In this document: positions 26,600-40,328 of the stretch, piece after piece
How positions within the stretch are numbered: the first letter of the stretch is position 1
Layout: the number at the start of each line of letters is the position of its first letter
Assembly: GCA_976226885.1 (NCBI GenBank)
Contig: OZ320318.1
Coordinates: 68,572,001-68,636,000 of the forward strand
Origin: Iphione sp. A-MEVVRFRX5
Taxonomy: Eukaryota
Length of the DNA stretch: 64,000 nucleotides
Direction of reading: 5' to 3'
Program-made: the position numbers and the translations under genes
The notes under the pieces: model-generated
The model's database searches: none
Told to the model about the DNA's origin: nothing
The model's input: only the letters and a program-made list of their open reading frames with translations

Positions 26600-28100
26600 T
26601 GGCTAGCACCACCTGTCTCCTCCCCGTGCCACCCTCTCTATACGCCGACCATAAGCCAAGGGAGCACGGGCAGTTAGCCTCTGGCTCGTGCAGCGCCACC
26701 ATCGATCAGCGCCGCCAAAACCTCAGCAAACAGGACGTAATGGAAAAGCTTTCTGGCCGTCGCCGACGCCGCCACGCGCCGCCACCCCCGCGCCCGCCAA
26801 GTCTGAGTTTACCTCCCCGCCTTCCGCCCCCCCCCCCCACCCGCCTCCCCAAACTCCCGCACAACGCCCGTCCGCTTCTCCGTCCCATAATGCACCAAAT
26901 CCTCAGTCCTATCTCCAGTGCCAACATTGTCTCCGTCCCTTACCCGCCTGCATGGTCTGTTCCCACTCTCCAGTTTAGCCCCGATTCATCCACCTACAAA
27001 TCCCGACCATCTCTTACTCCCCCTGATACCAACCTTTGCCATCTCTCAGTATGACTCCTTCCAGTATGTCTCCCTCCACCGTGATCCCCACCCCTCTCCT
27101 GGCGTTTCCATCACAAATGCCCTCCAGATGCCCCTCTATAGGGTCCACGGTCGTCCATAAGGGAAGCGGGGTCTATTTACCAAACGTCCTTACTCAGCGT
27201 CTTCCCATTATTTTACTCGGATCGTCGGTCCAACCCCTGTCCAACCGAGCGGGCGTGATTTAGCTTGACAAATGTCAGTCAGCCTAGGCCGGGACCGGGC
27301 CATCTTTTTGTGAAGGGAATAAGGAAGGAATAAAGATTGACAGGCGAAGAGCCCCGACTGAGGATTAAACGAGATTGATTGACAAATGAATATAATTTAG
27401 GGGAAGCAGAATGAAGGGGAGCCGAAAGGGGGAAAAAGAGAATTTCTGACATACTTAATGAAAAGACGAGAAAGGCAGTGACAAATAACTACGGAGGAAA
27501 ACGGAAGATAAAGAAAGATGAGAAAGAATTTACACATAGTTGTGACAAAATGAAAGAGATAATAACAATAAAAGGACGACCTGTGTGACGGATTTGGAAA
27601 TATGAGAGCACAATAAGCCCCTGGATGGCCGACCAGAAACTAGTGATGGAAAAAGTCAGTAGAGGAGAAATAAACAGGAATGGCAGAGATATAGCACCAG
27701 GGACAGAGATATCAGCTATGTTGTAGGCATATGGCTGTCCGCAGAAATAAAATATTTGCTGACGAAGATTCAAATAAACCAAGTTAAATAGTCGGTAGAC
27801 AGACGAAGGTAATGGTGTGGCAAACGGAAAGAGATAAATGCAGTTTAGACGGTAACTTTATCAGTCGGTAGCCCTGCGCATGCTTCAGACCATCGCAGCC
27901 CATAGAAAGGAGAGTGCAGTGAGCGAGGAGATTGCTTCAGCATTGGAAAGCATCCCCTGCTGTCAGCTCGCAGCAGGGCCCGCTTCTCAGGCCTAGCCTC
28001 CATTTTCTCTGCTGTCACCCGATCTTCCAAAGCCATAGTGAAAAAAAACATGTGCCTCTGCGGATCATGTGTCCAACGCCTTGGCAATGCTCCTCTCTCC
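26600..28100 (+). pseudogene. Possible highly decayed LINE (APE endonuclease/linker ghost)
   Basis: RRRRR...LPKLPHNARPL (cf. LPSILLANARSL), PIILLGS (cf. IILGDFN), SPWM, across several broken frames. Boundaries approximate. Confidence 0.3.
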
Positions 28101-29900
28101 CCTACCTCCTTTATACTGCGTTTTACACTCAACAGGGAAAAGGGACCAAAGAGCACGCACGTAAACGTTTATACCTTTCTCGCGTAGCCTGGTAGTCCAT
28201 ATTACCTTTACTTATACGCTGCTTGAGATAACATTTGTGTCATGTCTTTTCATGCAAATGCTGGAAAGCCATGCACCTTCTGGAGATTCTAAAGCTTAGC
28301 GTTTACAATTGGTATCTTTCAGACATTCCCGGCATAGACTTTAAAAAATATACGTATACATGTATATGTATACATTCATTGTATATGTCTATATACATGT
28401 ACACACATTTATTATAATTATGTAAAATTTCTATTCATATAGCAAATATATTCATTGTAGCGATCCGATATTAATAGAGCTGTTTGCAAAAAAAAATCTT
28501 ATGCTGCTACGTTAGGAGAGAAGGCCAGAAGATAGCTATCAAGATCCCAGGTAATATCAAGACTTCATTAAAGCAATCCCGTTCATGTAACTCTTCTAAT
28601 CATCATGTGATATCAAGTAGCCACTGTGAATCCAGTCGCACTATCAATATTACAATATCTGATGACAAAAAAACAAAAACTCTGTTCATGTTGCGCAATT
28701 ATAACTGTACTGAAAATTCACGGTGAACCCATCTCATCAGACCAGGCAACCGAACGGTGTGCTGAGATTCCCGGCTGATCATGAACACTCAACATATAGA
28801 ATAATGTTGATAAGACTCCGGGTCAGGACTATACAATATACGCAATATGTCGCATACTGGGGATGCGTCAATAAGCATTGAAGCACGGGAAGGGAGTGTT
28901 TTGTACGAAATAGGTTAGTATAGAAGTAATAAAGAATTTGATGCACCTCACTGAGTCAGCTGGGATATTACAGGCAAGCGATTGTACACTCTAACAGCAA
29001 CGGTCTCAAGACACTGTATCATATCTTATAAACCAACAGGAATTTTACTGGGAATACACCCATATGGAAATATCGCCGTATAGAAATCAAAACAAGGCCA
29101 ACTATGTTAGAATCCAAGCATCTGTAGCAACACAGAGGAACCATGTCTGGGCTGGGCAAGCCCATAGAACTAAAAATGAGCGAAAAATCATTGTATTTCC
29201 CAAAGAAATGTGTAATTCTATGAATTTGAAGATAAATTATCTTCCGAATCAAGGAAATAGTTAAATAACATGATGGGTGATGATAAAGTATTTTCACCAA
29301 TGACTTAGAGCTACTATCGCAGCTGGCCTCATTCTCATTTACCACGTGAATAGAGTGTATACTATGGTGCTCTAGTAATATTGTTAAAATCTGAGGTAAC
29401 ATGTTATGATGATATGCATTTAGACATCGCTATAACGATCTTTATTTTAACCACATATTGATCATTATGACAAAAACGTTGTGCATAAACAGATATACAG
29501 GTATTATTGTTTCTTACCTCAGTATAATGATACCTTCGATGAATTGACGATTTTTCTGTGATATTCATTGATAATATCATGTTCTTTTTGTCTGATTTAG
29601 ATGTACATATATGCATGCATATTACAGAATGTGGCCTCGAGCCATCAAATTGAACGTCCCTGGAATTACAAATCTGAATGATTTTATGTAAAACATCAGT
29701 GATTCAGATTTTAAGAGTTCAAGAGTTTATTTCCACTTCTCTTAGGTTACACAGGATAACATATTCAGCTCTCCCGATTTTGAATATTGGCTGTATGCCT
29801 TAGGAGACCTTTCCAAGCAGGTTTTTAACCTACACTGATATAATGCGAAATGAACTTAGAAGTGAACATTTATAATAAAGTAATTATAGAAAGGCATATA

Positions 29901-30081
29901 CAGCAGAATCGCAGAACTGGGGACATCCGAGACAAGAGACACCCCGTGACTTGGGACACTTTCATCTGGGACAGCTTCTTATCCAGGCTAAATCTAGCAC
30001 TATCCAGGATTGGGGACATCCCCTAAATGGGGACAATTTCACCTGGCAATATGGGTTTCCCCAGTTCTAAGGTTCCTGTTG
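29901..30081. mobile_element. TA-flanked MITE (Tc1/mariner-pogo-like)
   Basis: TA on both sides. Imperfect TIRs CAGCAGAATCGCAGAACTGGGGA / CAACAGGAACCTTAGAACTGGGGA and internal TGGG(G)ACA repeats. Confidence 0.6.
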
Positions 30082-32605
30082 TAGACTTTAATCACTGCTA
30101 GTTCAAAATCTGGTAATACTCTAGCCAATAATTCATATACACCTTCAATTTATGTAAATATTTTATCAGAAATCATAAAGACGGAGGCCATCTAACAATA
30201 GGACAATATTTTGTTACCGATAATTCATAATATTACACTGACTACAATGCACACAGGAAACCCCTAACCCAATCAGCTCTCTCAATCTTCCCCTGGCCAG
30301 GTTGTACCATCTCCCTGGTTGCATGCGAGTGCAAGGATGGCCATTGGGTTTGATCCTGTGGACCCTGTATAAACTTACACGCTGGTCATGAAAAACAGAT
30401 TTTGTCAAGGATTACTTTGTCCCTTAGTTTTCTTCTCTGTGTCAATTAAAATATCATAGTGCCCTGTTATTTCCTAAGACTTCCATTCCGGTTACGCCAT
30501 CGTCGGCAGATAAATAGGAGTATTCGCTGAGAGACTGAATGACATAGTCCTTTTTTCTCTCTGACGATCAGATTTGTTAGAGATATTCATGATCACCTCT
30601 CTATCAGAATCCTTTGAAAATAACACCGTGCGAAACATATATAAAGATTACAATAAAAAAAGAAAAACATGTCACTTGTATCCAGTGACTGAGTAACCAG
30701 GTAATGTCACATCAAGTTATTCCATCAATAAAAAAGAGAACTCTTCATAAGGATGCTATTCTCTGCACCAAAACTATTAGTTGTATAACAAATATGGTTC
30801 TCTTGGTATACTTAGTGACTGCCAATCCCGAAACAGGGATCATCTAAGAATATGCTTTACTATGGAAGCCTTAATGCAGTCGTTGTAGAAAACGGCAGCT
30901 ATGGCAGCTCGTTAATTATGGCATCCGTCAGTGTAAGTGGAATTGCCTCTTCAAAGATTTTACGAGAACATATGTGCAGTCCGTTGCATAGGTATCAATG
31001 TGCAAAGATGCCCTCCTATTTTAATTTGAGTACTTTGGATAGATAAAAGGGATCTCATGGGGATCACGCACCTTTTGGGACAACTCGTAAATTGCTGAGG
31101 ATTATTTTTAATGTAAGCTTGATAAAGCATAATGTATGAGTTAAATGCCCCCAAGTGAGCTATGCTAAAAATTGCTATGCGCCAGGTTTGTGTTGTTGTT
31201 TGCGAGAAAAGACTAAGGGCGACCGAGAGAGACAGATATTCAGACAGGCAGATATACAGAAGACAGACAGACAGATTTGAAAGGATGCTGTATATCCATT
31301 TGTGACATTAATGTAGTGTGATATGAGGATCCGGTTGCCATGGTCCAAGTACGATTGAACCATATCGCACGACCAGAAACATCTGACGGGATGAAAAGTA
31401 TATTCACCAACAACTGCATGCGGCCATTAGCGTCGGCCTACAATAAATCCAACCCATTCGCCCTTTTGTTATGTGTTTCTATTTTTTGCGATCAAAGATA
31501 CCACTAGCTTCCTCTTCAGGTCGATTCACTTTCAAATATTAGTTGCAAGCATATTGGAAGGAAAGAATAATTACACTTCTGTGGATTGCCAATATTGGTT
31601 TCCTATTCCATCCAGCTTCCCACAGTGTTCTCTCTCGCTCCTTCGAGTCACTAGCGGACGCATGCATTTTTCCAATTTGTCCAAAAGCGCTAGTCTAGTG
31701 GGTACATCATTCCTACTACCTTTCCCTCTATGTGGCACCTGTAAATTCCTCGTACAGTTTTGTATCCGTAGACCGCTTTCAGATGATCCAACAATTCATA
31801 TAGAATGGTGTCTTCTCCATTCGATTTGCTTTCCCCTCGTTGAACGGATGTGTTTATACTGGGCCTCCAAGGTGTATCTATCTATCTGGTATAATTTCCC
31901 TGTGTTCCTACGTTGGACGTAAGATTTTAGTTTACTGGACCATCGGCTGTGCTATATCGCTATGCCTCAAGAAAAATGTCACAGATAGTATTCGGAAAAG
32001 GGTTAAGGATAATAACACAAATAGATACAAATAAATAATTAGGATTACTACAAGCCTTAATGCCGAAAACCAAGTTAGAATCAAGGTAAACGGTTCCAAC
32101 CATCCACAGTGGTGCAGTCATTCTTACCCTGCAGTTTCCGTTGCATATTGGTTAACCTTGTAGCAACAGCCTTGGAGATAGGGCAACAATGGAGTGGTAG
32201 AGAGAGGGAGGTATAAAAGACAAGGGAGACAAAAAGACAGAGCCATATATAAATAGACCAGGATAGTAGAGGACAGAGTGAGAGAGAGGAAGGTCGTTCA
32301 TATATTTATATGTAGATCCTGTGGCAGTCTTCAAGTTAGAGGAGAACATAGGCCAAAGACAGTTCTTGTTCGAGGGACATAGATATTCTAATTCACCACC
32401 ACCATTATAGCCGTGTGTACGCTTTTGTTTTAAACGTCAGCAGCACAGCAGCAGCCACCACCCTCATCAGGGAGTTCAGACGAACGTGCAGTTCAATTTA
32501 CTTACTATTGTGTTATTGAAATCTACGTTGAAGGTTTAGCCATTATATAATCTTCTAACCCAAGGACGTTTACCTTCTCTGTCTTTTCCTCCCCGCTGAA
32601 AACAG

Positions 32606-32980
32606 TTCCCCCCAAGTCAGTAAAGCTGTCGTATCTGAGGACCGACGGCTCAGAGATGGAGGTGCCCCCTGGAGAGACGCTGCAGATGCGCTATGGCATG
32701 GAGAGCGCCATCTTCTGCCGCGTGCTGGTCGACGGCAGCTCCAAAGAGCCCAATATGGTGATCACACTCGACGACCAGGACATCACGTCACGTTTCAGCA
32801 AAGACTACACACGCGACAATGGCGCCGACGAACACGGATTCCAGGTGCTCACCTACAACGCCAGCCTGGTGTACTCCTCGACGAGCCCGAACAAGGAAGA
32901 GAACGGTCGCACCCTCACCTGCACGGCCAGCATGGAGCACTTCCCGCCCGTCTCCGCCTCCAGCAAATTGGAGATACTTT
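32606..32980 (+). CDS. IgSF gene exon: C2-type (CD80/nephrin/KIRREL-like) Ig domain
   Basis: AG/GTGAGT boundaries, phase 1-1, 375 bp. B-strand Cys (AIFCRV) and F-strand ENGRTLTCTAS; GC-rich third codon positions against AT-rich flanks. Confidence 0.92.
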
Positions 32981-34186
32981 GTGAGTAAAAGCCATGACCT
33001 CAACTGTGTGGAGACTCCATCTTTTTTTTCTTACCTGAATATAACTTCATATCTAGTATTGATGAAGCAAGCCCCTTAGGCAGCCGAAAGGACAGTGAAT
33101 AGTTTCATATGTGATTGTCATAAGTATCAGAGAAAAACTGCGCCATTACCGGGTATTTAAAGCCTGCGATTATACTAGTTGAAGAGATATAACAATATTG
33201 ATATAAGTGTTTCTGCAATACCAGTAAAAACAGCGTCGCAGTACCGTCTGAATCGCCTTAAGATGTCATTTGACATGTATTGACCTATATCATCAGTGAG
33301 ACATGACGTACGCAGATGACGATCTTATGTCTTTGGCTCCCAGTGTTATGGTATTTGTCCTGATATATCTTTCATGATTTGGACAACTTGAGAAGGGTAA
33401 AGTCATGGCTGGTGAATATAGTCTATTCGTTAAGTTTAGGAATATTGAAAATATTGTTACTTTACTGAGTAGGGAAGGCATTATCTATTAATAAAACGTT
33501 CACAGAAATTTTGCCTAACAGAACTCTTCAGCGACCTCTTCCAATGCCATCGTTTAATTAATCTTTATGAAGCCTTTCATTTGCGAGATATTCGTAACTG
33601 TTATGTACAGTTAAAAGAATACTTGCTAGATTCACAACGAAAGGTACTCCCCAATGTTTACATATCAATGATTAGGTCTAGAAAATATTTGTGTTTCCGG
33701 TAACCTGACAGAACCCTATTTTTGTGGGCATTGGACCTTTATTTTATTCTTATTTTGTGAATATCCCCAGAACAAATAATGGTAGAGACATATATATAAT
33801 ACACCATTTTGTTGCTAAAATTATAAGCTATCCTTTGATATAAGTCTCATTAAGATCTAAGCAGTAGAACATATGACGCCATGTCATTTGTTTTTTTGAT
33901 TATTAATTAACATCGAAAAAATGAAGAATAAAAAATTATATAATCAGCAAAACCAGGATCACTACCAGTAACCTATCACTGCGTGAACGACTTTATTTTT
34001 CATAAAGGGTTGTTATAATTATACACAGATGCTGTCTTGATATACATCGAACTGAACTTATCGCTTGCCAAACAAAACCACGTTCTTTCAAAGCAACTTG
34101 AAAGAAACTCCTGTGGAAAGACACCGCCACTTGTGTCCGCTCCATCTGTAATGTACGTCTCTCTTCTCCCATCTGCATCCCATCAG

Positions 34187-34371
34187 ACTCTCCTATACTG
34201 GAGTGCAAACAGCGATTATATGCCACAGCGGGCACAGAGGACGTGAAGATCGCCTGCAAGGGGAAAATGCACCCTGCGCCCCTGAGGTCTACCTGGACAT
34301 TCGGCGAGGAGCCGAACAACACGGTGCTGCATAATGGCGAGAAGAATGATGTCCTCGAGGCCACACAACAG
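34187..34371 (+). CDS. IgSF gene exon: first half of the third Ig domain (YSPILECKQ...KIACKGKMHPAPLRSTWTF...)
   Basis: Pyrimidine tract CAG acceptor, GTAAGA donor, phase 1-0. Contains the B-strand Cys and C-strand Trp. Confidence 0.88.
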
Positions 34372-36343
34372 GTAAGACAGTTTCAGAGTCTGGCTATCCG
34401 CCCCCTAGGCACAAAGTGGAACTTCCTCATGAAAGGGGAGCACTAGGAATACACTTCCTTCAATGCCTGTCGCGATGTTTTCCTGAAGCCTTTAACTTGC
34501 GGTGCTGACGTTCTCATAGTGGTTGGAATTTTGCTGGCTGTCATACGACATTCCTTATCTTAATTTATAGCGCACCTGTGTACATGTATACATCCCCAGA
34601 TGTGTGAACAGTGAACCTCGAGAATACGACCACCCACTATTTCAAGCTTCTTTAATAGAAGTTGCATAAGTTTGAAGACTTAGTGGCCCCAGGCGATTTT
34701 TGAGCAACTTGGTTTTTGAGAAGAAGATACGAAAGAAACATTCAAATGTAGCTATGCCAGAACAAAGGGGATTTTAGGTAATATTAAGTACAAAACAAAC
34801 GTACGTTGCTGTTGAAATAGTGTTTCTTTGGTAACAAAGTTTTCCACAATAAAGTGATTTAATAGAACAGGACTACTTCATTAACAAAGGTCTACATGTG
34901 TGTAACTCTGTCATTCGGTCCTCTCAGTTTCACTGCAGGTGTAATAGTTTTGAATTGTATCTGGGAAAACAGCTCTTTAGACATTACGCAAATGTGTAGC
35001 AGGTTGAAGTCATTGAGTGACTGCCAGACAAACCCATCCCAATACGAACCCATTAGCTTTTAATGATTTATTTGTCTGCCATAAGGCTTCCCCAAGATCA
35101 TTGATGCATGACTGTATTCCTGGTGCTATATGACTTTTCATATCCAAAATGAATGCTCTGGCCATATTCGTGGTAATACAGTATATAGCATTGTTTACGC
35201 ATGTTTTATTCGAGTCATTACTGCAAACGCATTTACAAGTACATATAGCCTGAGATGCTTGACATACTAATGATACTGATTCTTCTTGTTGCACTCATGC
35301 CGAGTTTCAGAACCGCCCTCCCACCCATCTATTTGATATTTCTTTTTTATTTAATCAATCTTTATATTTAGATCATCGCCTTTGTTTCTATCAGCATTTA
35401 TTCCTTATTTTGTCATGTATATAAATTATGTGTTTTAATTTACCTTACTAAATGATGAGAGCCCAGTTCCTCATGTTTGTAATCCCTGTAGAGGCAATGA
35501 TAGAGAAAAAGGTTGGTTAGGGGGGAAATTGACTGTAAGGCTAAGTTTCCATGTACATGTGTAGGTGTGTCTCTCTGTGTCCAATAACAACAAGGCATGC
35601 TTCTCTTAATTTGAGAACCACTGTATACATGTTGCGGTACCTGTATCCACTATGTTTCCTGTTTACATGCTTGTAATAACAAATTTTCCCCAAATATATG
35701 CCACAAACACAGACTGACATGGGCTGTGTTACATGGAAAATTGGACAGTTCCCATTTTTTAAACACGACAATGCATGGCTATGCACTGCCATGCACAAAC
35801 ATGCATGCATGGGTATACTCATCATCTTAACCATAGTTCCCAAAAAATTCATGCTGAAACACCCATTGACAGACATGCCTAAATGTGTACATAGACACCC
35901 AGCCTAACAGCCCCTTAACCACCTACCTGAGATAACTGCATGACTATATATATGTAAATAGCTGAGTCACAACTAGCATCGGGATAGGTTTAATCTTATT
36001 TATAAAATACTGAAGATAATTTCGAATATTGGTTACAGCATGAAAGTACTGTGTGACACATGAAATTAAGTTTGAGCTATCCCTAAATTCTTGCTCATGT
36101 ATATTTGTCAGATTTGCAAAAAATAAAGACTGTCGTCTTTCACAACTCTGTATAGCTTAATGTAATATACTTAGTATACGTTGAGATAAACAATTAAGTA
36201 AAACATGCATTAATCAAAGATTAAAAGTATAAGATAGTGGAGCTTCATTAGACTTTTCAAAAAGACAACTTAACGTAGCGAAGCTCAGCAGCATTCCCTT
36301 TAACAAGGCGTGATAATGTCGTTTCTTTTATAACTCACTTTAG

Positions 36344-36476
36344 TTGCTGGGAGGTGACGAGTGGGAGTTTTCTATCACCATCAAGGAGGTCACCGAGGAC
36401 CACTTCCTCAATTACCACCTAAAGGTAAAGAATGGTATCGACGAAGAAGCCTCGCTTGTGCGACTGGTCGAGGAAG
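36344..36476 (+). CDS. IgSF gene exon: second half of the third Ig domain (LLGGDEWEFSITIKEVTEDHFLNYHLKVKNGIDEEASLVRLVEE)
   Basis: TAG acceptor, GTGAGT donor, phase 0-1. ITIKEVTEDHFLNY matches the E-F strand pattern. Confidence 0.88.
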
Positions 36477-39400
36477 GTGAGTCCCAGCCGCGGCAGGCAA
36501 TTGCTGCCTCCCTCGCTTGCTACACCCCGACTCGTCTCTCTGCCACTCTGCCGCCGCAGCTGCCACCTCTGCTGTAGTCGTTGTGTCGCAGTGTGTACAT
36601 TTTGTGTGTCTGTGTGGCTCTGGATGTGGGCGATTCTACCCACTGGCCTCCCACTTGCTGCTGCAGTCTTCACATGTGTGCATGCCGGTGTGCGTTCAAC
36701 GTGCTACCATTGTGTCTCTGTCTCTCCCTCGCACTCTCCCTCTCTCTCAGTATCTGTATCTGCCCTTCCCTCTCTTCCCCCATTACCTGCCGCTTGCTTA
36801 GTTATATTCACTTAGTTCCCGAGTAAATTTATCATTTCATTTCTGTTCGGATTTAATTTCTTCTCTCCTCACGCCGGAATAGTAATTAACCCCAGTCGCT
36901 TGGCTTGGTTGCCTTGCACAGGTGTCTATGGTGTGAACTACTTGGTTTCGAGTCTTCAGTACCATCTGATTACCTATCAGACTGTGCCTAACAACTGGTC
37001 TATGGACCAGTCCTAATGCTTGCATCCCCACAGGATGTTTCTAAACATTTGCCTTACTTCGCTTACCTGCTTGAGTTTCGTGTGGACACTAGACATGGAT
37101 TACGTTTTTTTTTACCTCCACCCACTTTCCTTTTTATCCTTTATCCTCGTCACTCTATTGTTCCCTCGCTCATTCCCACCCTCGAGAACCTCAAATTCTG
37201 CGAGTGAACATGTCAACACCTCTTAAGTTAAATTAACCCTCCCAGACAACCTCACCTCTCCCATTAGATGAAACCATGTGTGATCTCCTGAACTATACTT
37301 TTCTTATTGATTACCCCATCTTAAAGGCAGGGTCGTTAAATTGCAGGCATTCTTCTTTTACACAAGACTAAAAACCAGGGGAATTCTCTCTATACCAACA
37401 CACTGATTTTGTCTAACAACCATTTTATTTAGTTACTTCACCCTTCTTTTCAAACGCAGACTAGGTTTGCCAAACGTGAAAGTTCAACTAGCGCATTTTC
37501 ACGTTACGCAGATACATAGCGTATACGTCCAGTGTTGAGTGAAAGATGTCCACAGTATTCAGGATCATCCTGTGTTAACATCACTGAAATCCAGATCCCA
37601 GCATCAAAACTGTCCATATATGGTTACATCTGTTGCCCTCCCCTCCCTTCACACAAGTCTACTGTATGTCAACCAAACTTTTGAAATTTTAGAGGAATGT
37701 ATAGCCATGTGACATAGTCTTCAATTGCTTCAATGAAGTAGACTCTATTGGAAAAATAACTCTCAAAACGAGAAGCTTCCACCAAACCCTTGCCGTTTTC
37801 ATTACATTCCTTTCCCTTCATTCCATAAATCTATTGCATCTTGAGGATTGTCTCTGCAAATACAGTCTGCTTCAAGGAAATGACGGTGTTAGTGGGCTGC
37901 TTGTATCAGCTAACACTCTTATGACTTTACCTGATTCAATTGCATTTCCAATCGAGCAAAGAATATGAGCAGATAAATTAAATGCGTTAGTTAATTAAGT
38001 TTAGGATTTCATTAATAAGAAAACGTTCCAATAAGAAATGAAGTAGACATTGCATAAAGATAGTGACTGGACTTAATTCTTTTCCGGTTGCTTTTATCAA
38101 AGCAATTTTTAATCTCATACGGTTATGCACGTTCAAGTTCCAGTGTTACTTTACGGTACAAACATGAAATATTTGTCCACAATGATTTATGGAAATCTTC
38201 CGTTTCTACCCTTAGTTGGATCGTGTTTATATCTGTATGGTATTTTGAAAGCATAACAATTTTCATATGATTACTTGATGTCATTAAATCAAAACACGTA
38301 CACTTGGGTGAATTTATGTCCGATTAGTGTGTACGATCAGGAGGCACTCGACGTCTTATTTATGTACCAAACATAGTAACCGTGTGATTTATCTCCTGGA
38401 CTAACACACCAAACGACCCATAAGATAGTCAACAAGTATTCCATGTTTGTAGCGTATTCTGTTACTTTTTTAAACCATTGTATGTTTACGCCTGACCTTA
38501 TCACATATGTATATGCGTTATCTGGGTAGCCGCTCTATATACGCATGCGTCCGTTTTCCGCACGCTTTCACTGCCTTCTCGTGGCTGCCTTCATTGTGTT
38601 TATGCTTTCCTCTCACGCAGCCTTGATTTTTTTTGGTCGAATTTTACTTCTGTCCGTCGCTATGCATACCGCGTTTCCCTGGATACGACAGCAGGATGAC
38701 GCCATCGTGTCCACGTGACTATGTGGTGATTCGCTCGGCTTCCTTCCTTTCGGCTTCTAGCATAGCCTCCGTCAAATGTGTATGGTGTCTCTCTACCTAT
38801 TTTCCAGAGCCAGACAAAGCCGATCTTGGTTCAAATGCCTGGGGGATTAGGGACGGTAAGTGGAGCTTGGCGACGAAAACAGGGAGACCGCCATTCATGA
38901 AAACAGATAGCAACACTGTTGACGTATTCAACTGCAAAATAATGCTTGATTACTTCAAATGATGATTTTCCAAATCCAAACCATGGGAAACATCTATTTA
39001 CCCCCACATTTACGTTTTCTTTTTGTGTGCAATTATGATTGTCCAGAAAAATAATCAGATGCACCCGGGCCCCCCCCCCCAAAAAAAAAAAAAAATTGGA
39101 ATGCACCATGAATAGCCCCGATACTTCATTTTCATCAGCATGAACGGATTTAATTTAAAAGCGATTTTCATCATAACCTATGATAATACAGTAAATCCAA
39201 CAACTATCAGACAGCTAGTAATTATAGTAATATGCCCTGTCGCCAATAGCAATAGGATGTTCACGTATACGATTCATAAATCCACTAAAGGATTACAGTG
39301 TGTCCAGTATCATTTAGACTCATTCGGATTCTAAACTTGGAATGAAAATGAATCTGCGTGAACGGTAGTCTCAATGGATATGGCTTTACTACAGATGATG

Positions 39401-40054
39401 AACTTATATTCATATTTCAACTGACGAAGCTGCTGCTTAATTTATCCATTTGGGAGGTTCATATTTTTAGGCTTTGAGGGCAATATCATTGTGAAGGCAG
39501 GTAAGTCTGTTGAAGGCCTTATAGGCACAAAATAATACCAGATCTTTTTTTTACGTTCGATTGACTAATGGCTGCGTCTAATACCAGTATGAGGCGTACC
39601 GTCGTGAATGAGAACTATAATTTACCTATATATGAAGTTTTTAAAAAGATTGTTAACAGTTAGCAGTGATGTTGAATATCATTTAAATCTTGTGTTTGAA
39701 CCTAACCAGGAGGTTGTTAAGTGCATTTTGGTCCTAATATTAAGGTCCCTGGGATTTTTTCTTCCGTTTTAATATTGCATCACACACTCCTTTACATATC
39801 TGCACCGATTTTGTTGCTGCTTTCCTCAATTCAGAAACTATAGTAACAAGGTTTTTCGCTGGTATATATATCTATATATATTCCTATGCATCAATAATAA
39901 GGTCTTGTAAGCCATACGGTTCCGTCTCGACTGTGTTGATATTCTTGCTCCACATTCTGCGAGGAAGTGCTTGTTGTGAGTGCTTCCTCCAAGGCGTTGA
40001 TCCAAGGAGCCGCCCAGGCTGACTCCTTATAATCGGCTGGGGTTTTCTTTGCAG

Positions 40055-40176
40055 GTACTAATCCTCCAATGAACGCGGAGGAGGCTGCAGTTCATGGTGG
40101 GGAATCCCGGCCGATCTTGGGCGCGGCCGGTCTTCTCATCACACTACTAACTGCGGTCATAGCCGCCTGGCTGTAG
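40055..40176 (+). CDS. IgSF gene terminal coding exon: GPI-anchor-like signal (GTNPPMNAEEAAVHGGESRPILGAAGLLITLLTAVIAAWL*)
   Basis: TTTTCTTTGCAG acceptor, and phase 1 fits the preceding exon. Small-residue omega-site region, spacer, then a hydrophobic C-terminus with no cytoplasmic tail. AATAAA at 40269-40274. Confidence 0.8.
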
Positions 40177-40304
40177 GGCGGGCCTCCCGGATCTCTCAGG
40201 CTGGGTCTCTCTAGGCTTAGTCGCCGGTTGCCTCAGCTAGCACCACGGCCGCCGCTTGGAAGTAGACAAATAAAACTGGGGCTTGTGGGCGAGGATGATA
40301 CACG

Positions 40305-40328
40305 TATATATATATATATATATATATA
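40305..40328. repeat. (TA)n microsatellite
   Basis: TA run. Confidence 0.95.
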
